DNA of 61,673 bases, the filler included, from Neolecta irregularis DAH-3 (taxonomy: Eukaryota): assembly GCA_001929475.1 (NCBI GenBank). It is 4 parts of 4 records of this genome, joined end to end, with 100 filler letters (N's around TTAATTAATTAA, not from the genome) between each part and the next. Parts side by side here need not be neighbours in the genome. Positions count along the whole stretch, not along the records: positions 1 to 13,961 come from LXFE01003772.1; 3 more parts are not named here. One strand, given 5' to 3'. Below, piece by piece: positions 1-11,704 of this stretch. A program made the position numbers and the translations under genes. The notes under the pieces were generated by a model that saw only the letters and a list, made by a program, of their open reading frames with translations, ran no database searches and was not told the DNA's origin. Each line of letters begins with the position of its first letter. The stretch's first letter is position 1.

Positions 1-171
1 ATCTCCATTCGGCAAAGCGAAACGAGAAGCAGCCGAAGAAGCTCGAATCCGCGAGCGTTTCGAACATGACAAACTTGAACGCGAGAAAACTCGAGAGTTT
101 AATGTGCAGTCTGGTCGTCGGGTCGGCGAGGTATTGAATCCCAAGGGTAGACCCGGGGAGACGGGATACAA
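1..171 (+). pseudogene. Duplicate of an internal SEC9 segment (copy of 9064-9234), truncated by window start and N-gap
   Basis: Identical to 9064-9234 except T at 67 and T at 105 (C in the gene, both in CpG context). Confidence 0.75.
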
Positions 172-181
172 NNNNNNNNNN

Positions 182-1428
182 CGAAGAAAGCACATCGTAT
201 CGGAATCGATTGGGTTTGACGATGGTATAGAATCGAGCGAGGATATACAAGTAAAGGATTCCAATTTAGGACAGAATCGCGATATCATTTCAATGTCTTT
301 CCGGCTCCAACAGCCTCGTAAATCTAACTCGCGGAGTTCAATTAGACGAGCCAAAGGCAAAAGATTGGCGATGAAGTCTTGAGCAAAGTGTCCGATAAGC
401 TTGAGCCTGCGTAATTGCCTCCACCTTGAAGGCTGTATTGAATGTTTTGGCTCCGGATCTTCATGTTCTTCATTTGGAACTTCAATGATAAGCTTCTCAA
501 GATTGGGAAAATTATTGCAGATTTCGTCGATTTCTTCACTCATATAAGTCGACAGATGTACATTTAGGCAGGAAAGATTGCCAGATGCATAGTCGAAAGG
601 CCATATACCATGGATAGTAACCTCTTCCAGCGATTCCAAACCGAGGAGAGCCAGTGCAAGCCGTTCCAACACAGCCGCGCAGATTTCTTCAGTGTCTGGT
701 GTAGATTCCGGTATCCGGATTGTGAGCTGGGAAATCTGTGTGTCATAACATCTATCAAGAATGGCATATGCTCCTGCAAGTGTTGGATAATCCTCCGTCA
801 TATGAACGGAAGTGATAAATTCACCGAAATATGATATTAGATTCTGATGATACCATGCTGTAAATTGATCATCAGAGCGGAAACCAGCATAGTAACCAAT
901 TGTTTGCAATCTAGGAAGTTTGCCAATGGCTCGAGTTAAATCCATGAAGCGGCAGTTGGCAGTCTCTGGTAGACAAGCCCTGGGCTCTCTCCAATACTCC
1001 CGTTTAAAGGCAAAGGGCTGGACAATGAGATTAATATGACGAATTTGAGTAGCGATGACCAGAAACCTAGTCCACCCATCCAATAGTTTGACAACATTTT
1101 CTTCCTTACAGAAATTTGAAATAAAACCAATAGTCAAGCTCTCGACAGAGCTGGAATGTTTAATGAGTGAATTGACAAAGGCAGGTTCCACATTCTCTAA
1201 AGCGATCCAACTTTTGTCAATGTCTATTGAATCCTTTGAATGCTTTGGAGTGTATTGTGGAAGAAGAGTTACGAGTTCTATATTCTTGTAAAGGTCTCGT
1301 ATTCCGAAATGAGCAAAACTGCGATTGACGAGAAGAAGATTTAACTTGTCTTTTCGAGTTGGCAAAGATACGAAGAGCCGTTGAATCAGCCAATCGGGAA
1401 GACTAGATGAATGGAAACTTAATGCCAT
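182..1428 (-). CDS. F-box/LRR-like protein, intronless, 3'-truncated by gap (not in ORF track)
   Basis: Open frame of ~415 codons from ATG 1428: MALSFHSSSLPDWLIQRLFVSLPTRKDKLNLLLVNRSF (F-box-like), later NFPNLEKLII, LRRLKL, LRELDLRGC, FCPKLESF (LRR-like). Confidence 0.75.
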
Positions 1429-1662
1429 AGGGCAAAAGTGTACTACGGGGAAATATGCAGGAGGGTAGGTATGACCTCATCGAATATGAATGTGGTTCAA
1501 AACAAACATGTATTCAGAGTGTTGCGGGTGCTTCTGTAGCCAACAGAATATTTAGTTGAATAAATTCAAGTTAGAAGATAGAATAATCCAAAAAGCTTGC
1601 TAGTGCTCATGCATCCCCGTACATTATGGAAATTACATACAATGATACGTTGGATGTAGTTA

Positions 1663-3186
1663 TTACTTTGGGTGACTGATGCTCTGTATTGCTTTCTTGC
1701 GCAGAATCTTCTCTTTCAACTTTGTTTCCAGTGCTAGGGAATGGTTATCCTGGGAGCATGTTTAGCGATATGAGCACAGTTGTTCAGCATACCCGCGTCC
1801 CGTTCTCTTTTTCCGAAATCCCTCTATTTCCTTCCGTATCTATCTTGCGCTCATCTTCTTCTCGACCTCCTTCTACGACTACATTGGATTCTATGATTCT
1901 CGGTGACCGAGAATGATTTCGAGGTTGTCTAGACAGAGAACGACTGGTATGGCTTCCCGAATCATTGCCACTAAAAGACCTGGAAGGAGAGCGAGGACGG
2001 CCTTGAAGAGCTGGATTACGTCCAGAAGCCCTGCGTGGCCGTTCGTCATAGTTCCGATTGATTTTGGAAGATCTTTCTTGCGGGGTTCGAGAGGGTCTAC
2101 GAGCTCGAACACGTTCCTTGTCATCGTCTGTCGAGTAACCCCGTCTCCGCTTCCTCGAATCTGTAGGAGTTACTGATCTTTCTCTTCGATCCTTCTCCGG
2201 ACTGCGAGGTCGCCGTCTTCGGTTATAGTGACCCGGAGATCGTCTTCGAGAAGGACGATCAGTATAGCTATCACGGCGTCTCTCTCTTCCGAAATCATCG
2301 ACAGAAGGCGACCTCCTTGGGCGCTCTCGCTCCTCTCGATGATACTGACGCTCTTGTCGATCATCTCTTCGCGGAAGAGGGCGTTCATCCCGCCGTCGTT
2401 CACGCCTTTCATCCAATACGCGATCTCTGCGATCATCCAATACGCGATCTCTGCGATCATCCCGTCTGGGTTCCCTTCGATAATCCCGGCGCTGGTGTGA
2501 TGGATCGTCTTTCTGGCGGCTATCCCGGTCTTCCCGCTCGCGCTGACGAATATCTGCTAGATGCTCACGTTGTACATCTTCCAGAACTCGAGCTTTATCT
2601 TTGTCCCCATCTCGTTGTTCATTGTCAATCTAGACGTAAACAAGAATGTAATGATAGAGGATATGAACCTTCTTGGAACGTAGCTCCGCTTTTTTATCCT
2701 CTAGAAACTTCTTCGGTATCCCACCGATGCTCTGCTGGGCACTTAAAAGTAATTTCCACAACTCTTTCGTAAATGGCCCTGAATTTTTCTCCAAAAAGCC
2801 GGTAAGGTTAATTTGCAGCCGTTTCGGGTCCACCTATATTGAATGAGGGATGTTTTGAGAAATTCTGATATCACATACAGACTCCTCTTCCAACATGCCA
2901 ATCGCGAAATCAATAATAACATCATCCTCAAAACCAAGGTATTCGATGACTTTGCGCGTAATCCAGGGTTTCATGACTGATAGGTTCACCTTGGACATAT
3001 CGACCTGTAGACATAAGGGTTGCTAGTTCACAAGAGAGACCTTTTGGTTGAAGATTTCCGGGAACTTCATTCCCTTCATTAGCTTTTTTTCGATGCCATA
3101 GTCGTCGAGGCGGTCATGGGATATTCCCTAAAAGAATTAGACGTATGAAGGAACGTTGGTCAAATTCGTACCTTGTAATCGCCCAT
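1663..3186 (-). CDS. PWI-domain, Arg/Ser-rich splicing protein (SRRM1/SRm160-like), multi-exon
   Basis: Spliced MGDYK...MKFPEIFNQKVDMSKVNLSVMKPWITRKVIEYLGFEDDVIIDF...PKRLQINLTGFLEKN...ELWKLLLSAQ, then RS/RD-rich tail. Confidence 0.9.
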
Positions 3187-4165
3187 GGTGTGGTATTGTG
3201 GAAGAGGTAGAAATCTATCGTAAGTCGCCACTCGTGCGTGACTCTTCTTCACTCGAGTTTCGACAGTAGTAAAATTTTAAAATAATTATTTTGCTTGTGT
3301 GTTTGTAATTTCTTTTTCCTTGAAGAGATATCGTCTCTGTTCTGCGATGAAATCCTTCAAAATTACTATTCAGCCAGGCCCAAGACCTCTTGAAGTACAT
3401 TGTCGAAATCCATTCTGCCAAATCAGCTGTCCACGCTTTTCTAGCTGTCAATGGGAGCACCCTTGTATCCGGTGATCATTGGAAAATAGTGTGCCTGTAG
3501 TCTTCAGTCTTTGAGAAACAAGTAATGGGTTTCCCGACTTGTCATACGCATTTCTTTTTATGTCAAAGGTGAGGATTTATGGCATTTCTACATGGAGTAT
3601 TCTCTTACCAGCGTATGGAGCCCCTACATTCGGAATCGTTTATTCATTCCACAATCGTCAGAAGCTATTATCCCCTCAATATCCTATCCTTCCAAGACAA
3701 GGGGCCCCAGATCTTCACGATAGGAGCACAATTATTCCAAGTCTTCACATGAGGAACATATTTATCCTAAACAAATAATTCATTTGCAGTAATCTCAGAC
3801 GAATCTGCTGCCTGCAGGTGTTGGACATTGAAAGGAGATGCTGCAACATGTCCAACCGGGAAGCTCGGAAGACATATATCAATTTCAAGGGTGTCGTAGT
3901 AGAGAAAATTCACATGTAGAGGCGATGGCGAATATATATTTTTAGTCGGGGCGATTATCTCGACAGCTGATATTAGCGGCTGCATGTTTTAACGAGACTG
4001 CCGGATCCCAGGTGCAGATGAACAGATATAATTGGCGGAAGCTTTGAGCGGGTATGATTCGTTTTTCGTCATGTATCTGCAGCCCGAGGACGAATTAAAT
4101 ATATGTCCAAGATTTCCCGGGGCTTGTCTCATCTGGCACCGGCAGACTGGCAATAGCAGCGTGCG

Positions 4166-4998
4166 ATGCGAGCCCATCACCGGCTGCTCAAGCCCGCTAG
4201 GATGCTGATCCTGGGTTCTCCCGGCGCCGGCAAAGGAACACAGACGACGCGGCTGCTTCGAAGGTTCTCGCCCGATCTTCAGGCCTTTTCCAGCGGCGAC
4301 CTGCTTCGTTCAAATGTCTCAAAGCGCACATCGCTTGGAATAGAGGCCGAGTCCAATGTTGCAAAAGGCCTGTACGTGCAGGACGACGTCATGATCCGCC
4401 TTATCGTCAAAGAACTGAACTCGCGAGGGTGGATGTCTGGCGGTGGAAAGGATTGCTTTTCTAGCCATGGTTTGAAACAGGGCCCGACTTGCAGTTGGAT
4501 TCTGGATGGGTTTCCCCGCACAATGAGCCAGGCTTCCCAGTTGGATGAATATTTGAAGGAGGAAGATGCCCTGAACTTTGTAGTGAGTTTGGAGGTGCCT
4601 CATGCCGTTATCCTGGAACGTATCTCGGGTAATCTCGGGCACGAAGCGAGTTGACGAACCCAGGACGGCTGGTTCATCCAAGCAGTGGGAGGACATATAA
4701 TACAACGTATACTAGCATGGCGCCCAAAGTTACAGGCTATGATGATGTTACTGGAGAAGCGCTCATGAAAAGACCGGACGATGACCCCGTATGGCCGCTA
4801 CAAGGGCTCCGTGCTCACAGACAGAACGTTTATCAGGGGCGTTTGCAAAAATACACAGAGCTAACACTACCGCTGCTGGAATACTATAAAAACCGGGGGG
4901 TTTTGTGGTCGGTCCAGGGGGAAACGAGCGACGTGATCTGGCCAAAGCTAGAGGCAGAAGTAATAGCGACGCAGGAATATTCGTCGGCTAATCTTTAG
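4166..4998 (+). CDS. ADK2: Mitochondrial adenylate kinase / GTP:AMP phosphotransferase (AK3-type), 2 introns
   Basis: GSPGAGKGTQ P-loop, SSGDLLR, WILDGFPR, LID region RLVHPSSGRTYN...DDVTGEALMKRPDD. Confidence 0.92.
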
Positions 4999-5111
4999 AC
5001 TCGGAGGCGATTTGGAGGATTGGAGGAATGTATAGGTAATTAGAGGATAGATAGTGGGTGGATAGGGATCACAGGTTCACCACCATCTTTTTTTTTGTCA
5101 TTGCCCCTGAT

Positions 5112-6750
5112 ATGCTTGGTCGCTCTGTTGCTACTGCACATTTTATTGCCCGTCGCCCGCTGCAAGTGCAACTGCTACTCCTACGTCCTGTGCGGCTATA
5201 CACTGACACAGTGCCCAACAATCGTCCAGCGACTCCTGCTTTCGTAAATGTTCCCAAACCCGCATCTGCCCCTTCCGCAGTCGCTCCTGTTCCGCCTGTT
5301 CCAGGCTCCAGTACATTGGCTAAAGCTCCAGAGGGCGCCGTATCCCCTGCACTGGAACACAAAAACGGGCTCGACACTGTCAGCGAAGCAGATAAACGAA
5401 AACTCACGCTCAAGCAAAAGATAAAGAAGGAGCTCCTACATTACTGGGATGGAACCAAACTCCTCGGGAAAGAATTACGCATTTCATTCAAGCTCGCTTT
5501 GAAGATGGCTGCCGGTCATGAACTTAGTCGTCGTGAGAATCGACAGGTTTGTTTCTGCGGGGCTAATTTGTAAACGTAACCGGTATAGTTGAAAAGAACC
5601 GTGCAAGATCTCGTCCGCCTAGTTCCATTCTCAGTGTTTATTATCGTTCCTTTTGCAGAGTTATTACTTCCTGTGGCGCTAAAATTATTTCCAAACATGC
5701 TTCCGAGTACCTATGAAGGTGCCAAGGCAAAAGAAGCCAAGCGGCTCAAGCTGAGTGATACAAGGAAGGAAGTTGGAAAAGTGCTCAGGCAGACAATGCA
5801 GGAGACTGGTTTACCATTGAGTACTTCAACCAAGCAGAAAGAAGAATTCACAGAGTTCTTCAGAAAGGTAAGAAAAAAACATTGGTGAGACGAACTAACT
5901 ACGAAGATCCGCACCAGCGGGGAGAAGCCTGGAAGAGGGGATATTATCAATGTTTGTAAAATATTCCGGGACGATCTTACGCTCGACAATTTATCTCGGC
6001 CTCAACTCGTTGCTATGTGCAGGTACCTAAACCTAAATACATTTGGAACCGACAACATTCTTCGGTACAATATTCGTCATCGAATGCGACAAATCAAACA
6101 AGACGACAAAGTATTTTTAAAGGAGTCAGGGTATGTTACTGATATTGTAGGTCATTGCATACGAAGGCGTCGATACCCTTACAATCCCAGAACTTCAAAC
6201 GGCTACTGCTTCTCGCGGGATACGGACTCATGGGATTTCCCCTGCTCGTCTTCGGGATGACTTAAACACGTGGCTCGAGTTGAGGCTGAAACACGGTGTT
6301 CCTTCTACCCTTTTAGTCCTTTCAAATGCATTCACGTATGGGCGCCAAGACGGCGAGGCCGATTCGCATTACGACGCTCTGGAAACTACATTGAGTAGTT
6401 TGCCCGATGAATTGGCAAGGCTCTTTTTCGAGTTGATAATTAACATGGGGTAGTTTCATGAAGCCGAGCTTGAAGTTTCCAATGCTGAAGGAGCCGCGAC
6501 GAATGCTCAGCGGCTTGAAGTCCTCAAGGAACAAGAAGAATTGATCGAGGAAGAAAATCAAGAAGATCAAGAAACCGGAAGCACCAGTCCGAAAGATGAT
6601 AGAGACATTGATGAAGCTGAAGATGCTACTAAAATACAGCAGACGGTCCAAGATGAAAGATCAGGTATTGGAGCACAGGATTTCAAGGATGTTGAAAAGG
6701 CCGAGATTAAAAGACAAGGGGGAAAAGAGAAAAAGCAATACCTAAAATAG
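5112..6750 (+). CDS. MDM38: LETM1-family mitochondrial inner-membrane protein, multi-exon
   Basis: HYWDGTKLLG, LSRRENRQ, DLVRLVPFSVFIIVPFAELLLPVALKLFPNMLPSTY; N-terminal presequence-like region. Confidence 0.93.
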
Positions 6751-6836
6751 CATTGGAGTGTAAATATATACAGGGGTTTTTCATGATGGTATAGTGTTTC
6801 TGGGTCTTTTCAAGTAGATTGCAAATTCTCCAGGTC

Positions 6837-7097
6837 TCATAAAGTAGACTGCAGATTCATCAGGTCTCGTCGTATATCCTTCAAATGACCAGACTCCGAC
6901 CAAGAGCGTATTTGTCTCGACATTTCAAGAGTTCGTTCATATCCAGGTGGTATACTGGTAATCTCTCTCGGTCCCGTCATGTTACTTGCGTACAGAGGCG
7001 GAAGTAAAGGGTCGAGTACTGCAGCCGCTGCATTTGGATAGGTTTTTAGAGCTGTTAGGTCTGCAAGGATACAAGCAAGATTTATTGATGGTGACAT
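6837..7097 (-). CDS. Small hypothetical protein (~86 aa)
   Basis: MSPSINLACILADLTALK...DIRRDLMNLQSTL; helical, fills the space between convergent MDM38 and divergent pyridoxal kinase. Confidence 0.4.
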   Translation of the reverse strand: MSPSINLACILADLTALKTYPNAAAAVLDPLLPPLYASNMTGPREITSIPPGYERTLEMSRQIRSWSESGHLKDIRRDLMNLQSTL

Positions 7098-7200
7098 GAC
7101 GTTCAATGGGGAATACGAAGGCAGTCTCGTGTTGTACACGGATCTCCTTTTGGATAATAATTCCTCTTCTAGTCATTGCTGGAACAGTCACTATCTAGAG

Positions 7201-8375
7201 ATGACTTTCGCCGAGGGACCTACAGAAAAATCTATATTATTGATCAGTAGCTCGGTCGTTCATGGGTTGTTTTGTTTTTCAATACTCACTGACTCACGAA
7301 TAGATCTGCAGGATGTAGAGCCTCGACATTTCCTCTTCAGTTGCTAGGATTTGAATGCGATGTGCTGAATACAGTGCAATTCAGCAACCACACAGGTTTT
7401 CTTCGACAAGCGCATGGTGCTGACAAAAGGCTACAAGGTCTTCAAGGGAACAAAGACAACTGCTACGCAGATCAGGGAAATATACGAGGGGTTGAAGTAT
7501 AACGGGTTCGATAAAGACTACAGCTATATCTACACAGGTTATATTCCGGGAGCAGAAGGGGTAGAAGCTATCGGAGACATCATTCATCAGATCAAAGAAC
7601 GCAATTCCAAGGTTCAGTATAGTAAGACCGCTGTGATATCTGACTGACCCAAAAAGTCCTAGACCCCGTGATGGGAGATGACAACGAGGTAGACAATCCG
7701 TGTTGTGTTGCTAAATATATACCAGCTTTATGTTAGCGAAGAAGTTATCCCGGTGTATAAGAATCTTTTAAGAACAGCAGATTTCATGACCCCGAATCAA
7801 TTTGAGGCCGAGTACGAGAGCTGCGTGTGGATGCGTCTAATATAGTCAGGCTCCTCTCTGGCGTGAAGATTTCTTCGTTATCGACGGCGTTTAAAGCGAT
7901 ACGAGCTATGCATCTTCTGTATCGCATCAAGAACATTATTATTACTTCAATCAAATTGGGTGGAAATGCAGAAAGCCTGTTTTGTGTTGGCTCGACATCA
8001 AAGTCGGACGATACGCCACGAGCGTTTCAGATCGAGTTTCCACTCATTGACAAGCCGTTTCGGAGTACTGGTGACCTATTTGCAGCACTGCTTATAGCCC
8101 AATATGACAAGATTTGCAAGGCGATTGACGACGAGACAACGGTGCTTGGTCTGCCACTGTTGAAGGCAGCTGAACACGCGATTGGGTCGATGCATGGGGT
8201 GTTGCAGAAGACACTTGTGCATATGGAAAAAGAGCTACAAAAGCACGGCGAGGCAGGTGCGGAAATGGATGTGATACGAAAGTCGTCTGAGCTGCGAATT
8301 GTGCAGAGCCAACAGGAGATTCTACGACCATGCGAGCACTATAGGGGCAGTATCTTGCAAGATAGGCTTAGTTAG
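7201..8375 (+). CDS. BUD16: Pyridoxal kinase (PfkB/ribokinase family), multi-exon
   Basis: Spliced SSVVHG...[65 protein letters not shown]. Confidence 0.88.
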
Positions 8376-8537
8376 AGATCGTTTTATTACCTTTGACCAT
8401 GGTGTAGCAAAGCATCAGTCGTCTATATTTAGATCAGGGGCTTCGGCACTAGCCAGAAGCGGAAACCCCGTCCCGTCACCCCCCCATAAGCGACCAACTC
8501 GCTTTGTCACCACCATTTCATCGCTAAACTCACTGCC

Positions 8538-9525
8538 ATGAACAAACTGCTGTCAAAGAAACAGCAGCCTGCACCTGCATCAGATGATTATGATCGCGAC
8601 CGCGCTGCGCTGTTTGGCACCAGCGGACGTGCTCCTGCTGCTACCACAGCCATGCAACGCCCGCCATCCTATGCATCTGCAGATCCGATATTTTCCTCCA
8701 GCAGCGCAGATCCTGCAAATAGCCAGGGCTTTTCTACAATGCAGGAGGCTGAGGCTGAGGATGTGGACGAGGAAGTCGAGGGAATCAAACAGGAGTTGAG
8801 ATTCATCAAACAAGAGTCCGTCGCTTCAACCCGCAATGCTCTTCGCACAGCACAACAGGCCGAAGAGACCGGCCGGAACACTCTTGCAAAGCTCGGGTCG
8901 CAGAGCGGTTCGTCTCCTTGCCCTATCTTCATACTGAATTTCAAGAACGTATCTCCAATGTCGAGAAGAACCTAGATATCGCCACCATTCATAACCGCCA
9001 AGCAACGGAGAAAGGCAAGGAACTCAAAACTCTCAATCGAAGCATGTTTGCGCTCCACGTGAAATCTCCATTCGGCAAAGCGAAACGAGAAGCAGCCGAA
9101 GAAGCTCGAATCCGCGAGCGTTTCGAACACGACAAACTTGAACGCGAGAAAACTCGAGAGTTTAATGCGCAGTCTGGTCGTCGGGTCGGCGAGGTATTGA
9201 ATCCCAAGGGTAGACCCGGGGAGACGGGATACAAAATTGCTGGTGTCGCCGAGCGATCAAAGTACCAATTTGAAGCGGACGAGGAAGATGATGCTGTCGA
9301 AAAGGAGATTGACGGTAACTTGAACCAGCTGGCTGGTGTTACAAGTCGATTGAAAGGGCTGGCTCTTGCCACCAACGCTGAAATCTCTAGTCAAAATGAG
9401 AAATTGGACGAGATTGATCGAAAGGTTATTCTAGTTTCTATTTTGAATCAGCTGACCTTTATTAGAACGATAAATTGGGAATCGGTATTCATTTGAACTC
9501 CGAGCGGCTTAAGCGGATTCGGTAA
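8538..9525 (+). CDS. SEC9: SNAP-25-like Qbc t-SNARE, 2 introns
   Basis: [21 protein letters not shown]...[24 protein letters not shown]; second SNARE helix [11 protein letters not shown]...QNEKLDEI. Confidence 0.93.
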
Positions 9526-9608
9526 CTCTCCTACTACGGATTATACTTTTTAGCAATATATTCCCTAATATCATTTGGTAATGTAATCCTCGACGCCAAT
9601 AATATAAA

Positions 9609-11612
9609 TCACAATGCCCGGCCTTGCCGCCTTAACGCCAATACGTCCTTCAATTCTAAAACAACATTATTCCCAGCCTGGCGTTCCTCGCGCATGGATT
9701 CATGACTCTGCCGTTCTAACTGCATCTTTTCAATTCTTTCTCGCCGGGATAGAATAGACTTTCCGCCAGTTGCTTCGTAAATCCGCTTCTCTAGAAAGCC
9801 GTCCAGACCTTCCATGAGAGAGGTAAATGGGGCTACTGGCGATGGCGCCGAGAGAGTTGGTGTTGCGATGCGAAAGCCCCAGTCACCCATACTATTTCTC
9901 CTGGAATCCTCGTCATCTTCCATCGAGTCAGCCATGGTGAGCGCGGGGACTGTGCTAGGCTGTGGACTAGACGGGTTTAAAGTCGGCGAAAGCTCGTATT
10001 CCAATGCCGCCCGTCCCTCTTTCCACTCTGCTAAAAGTGTTTCGAGATCATCACCGATAGCATCGTAGTTTTTGAGCAGTTTATTGCGCATGTCGGAACC
10101 TTGACTGGAATCTAGGGCGTTAGACGTTGTTTCAAAAGATCTTACCTTGAAAGGCGTTTTTCGAGTCTTCGCGGAGAATATACATCTTTGCATGGACCGT
10201 CTGCAACGTCTGAGTTAGGACGCCCAGACCACGATTTTGCGATGACCAGCTATCTACAGGTGGGAGTGCATCAGGCACGGGTAAGTCGAGGGACCCTACG
10301 AGATTAGCGGGAAGGTTTATTGGGAAATACGCTGGTCTTCAACAAGTGCTCGAGCCAATTCTTCGGCAAGGTTTCCCACCAGATTTCCGATGATTTGAAG
10401 TTGGATGACAGCGACTGTCCACTGTTTTGATTCCATGTGACCACCGATATCGAGAGCAAGAAAGGAGCAGACTAGTTGTCGTCTGTGAGAATGCATGAGG
10501 TAGAACAGAGTCTTGAGAGCAGCCAGACTGTTGAGATCTGTGCCATCTTGGTATATATCAGCCTGATCAGGCGTTTCTGAAGGAATGTTGTAAATATCAT
10601 AAAGTTTATCCAAATCGAACAAGGAAACGTAGGGAAGGAGTGATTTATTTGAGCGTGAAAGAGCAGCGATTGCAAGCGATAGCGAAGAAGAAAGTGCGGT
10701 TCGAAGTCCATTGCAACGGCGAGAACGGGACTGCTGGTCAAGCCGGGCGATGGGAGGAAGAGGAATGGAGCTGCAGTGAGAAGGAAAGAAAATAAAAGTT
10801 AAAGATACAGTCTGTAACCGCGAGCAACAAGTTCGATTTCTTGTATGAGTCTGAGGATTTTTGTTGCTACAACATCGTATGCCTGACACCGTTGTACGAG
10901 TCGTGAGGCCAGACTTATTGCACGAACGCGCAAGAGCCTTGCATTTCGCCGTCTCTGCAAAAATCAGGGGTGCCAAGGCAAAATGGTTACCGCCCGGGCG
11001 TATAGATAAAGAGCCATTGTCAAAGATAGGACAAGAGACCCGATCAGCCTGATTTTTCCATGAAGGGCATTTCCACGGGTCCTCAGAGCCCATGCGATAA
11101 GCAATGTAATGACGAGAATGCAGCCGCCAGAACCGATCCAGTATTTGCCAGCATGAGTAGAGTTTGGGGCGAGGACGGACCAATCGCCCGAATCGCCAAA
11201 CAGAGGCTCCTCTCCGAGTCTGCGGCAATACAAGGACACGCTGACATGGTCGTTTAGCAGCTGTGAAGTACACAAAACATAGCGGAAGCGTTCGAGGAAG
11301 CGGTTGTTTTCTGGGGGAGAGAGGCGTGGGTTTGTAGCAGCCTAGGCGTGAGAAAACAGCAGGGATGGGGCACAAACAGAAAATAAAGCCTGGAACTTTG
11401 CCTTCTTTGCACCTTCAGTAGCGAGATTGAATTGTTTGAGGCCGCCCGAGAGATGCTTCTGCGCAGGAAGGGCGGGAGCATAGGCGGGTTGCGGTGGGGG
11501 ATCATCAATACCCCAGTCACAGTCTGGAGTGCATCAGCTAAGACAAAAGACGCGAAATACGGCTAAGATACGCGGCGTGAGGCGAATCCTGGTAGACCAC
11601 CGTTGTGTTCAT
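9609..11612 (-). CDS. vezA: Vezatin/Inp2-like (myosin-binding) membrane protein, multi-exon
   Basis: MNTTVVYQDSPHAAYL start, LERFRYVLCTSQLLNDH motif, two TM segments, LIQEIELVARGYR..PLPPIARLD...RC..LR, C-terminal SRRERIEKM...LELKDVL. Confidence 0.75.
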
Positions 11613-11704
11613 ACTGGACGGGTCATTTGATTGTAGTGGTGAGTGCGGAATAGGGATTTGTTGTCCAACCACCACATGACCCAAAAAGTGTCCTTGTCAT
11701 CTAT

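Noticed and set aside
3215-4150. Short ORFs between the PWI gene and ADK2
   Set aside because: Stop-riddled in all frames and no family recognised
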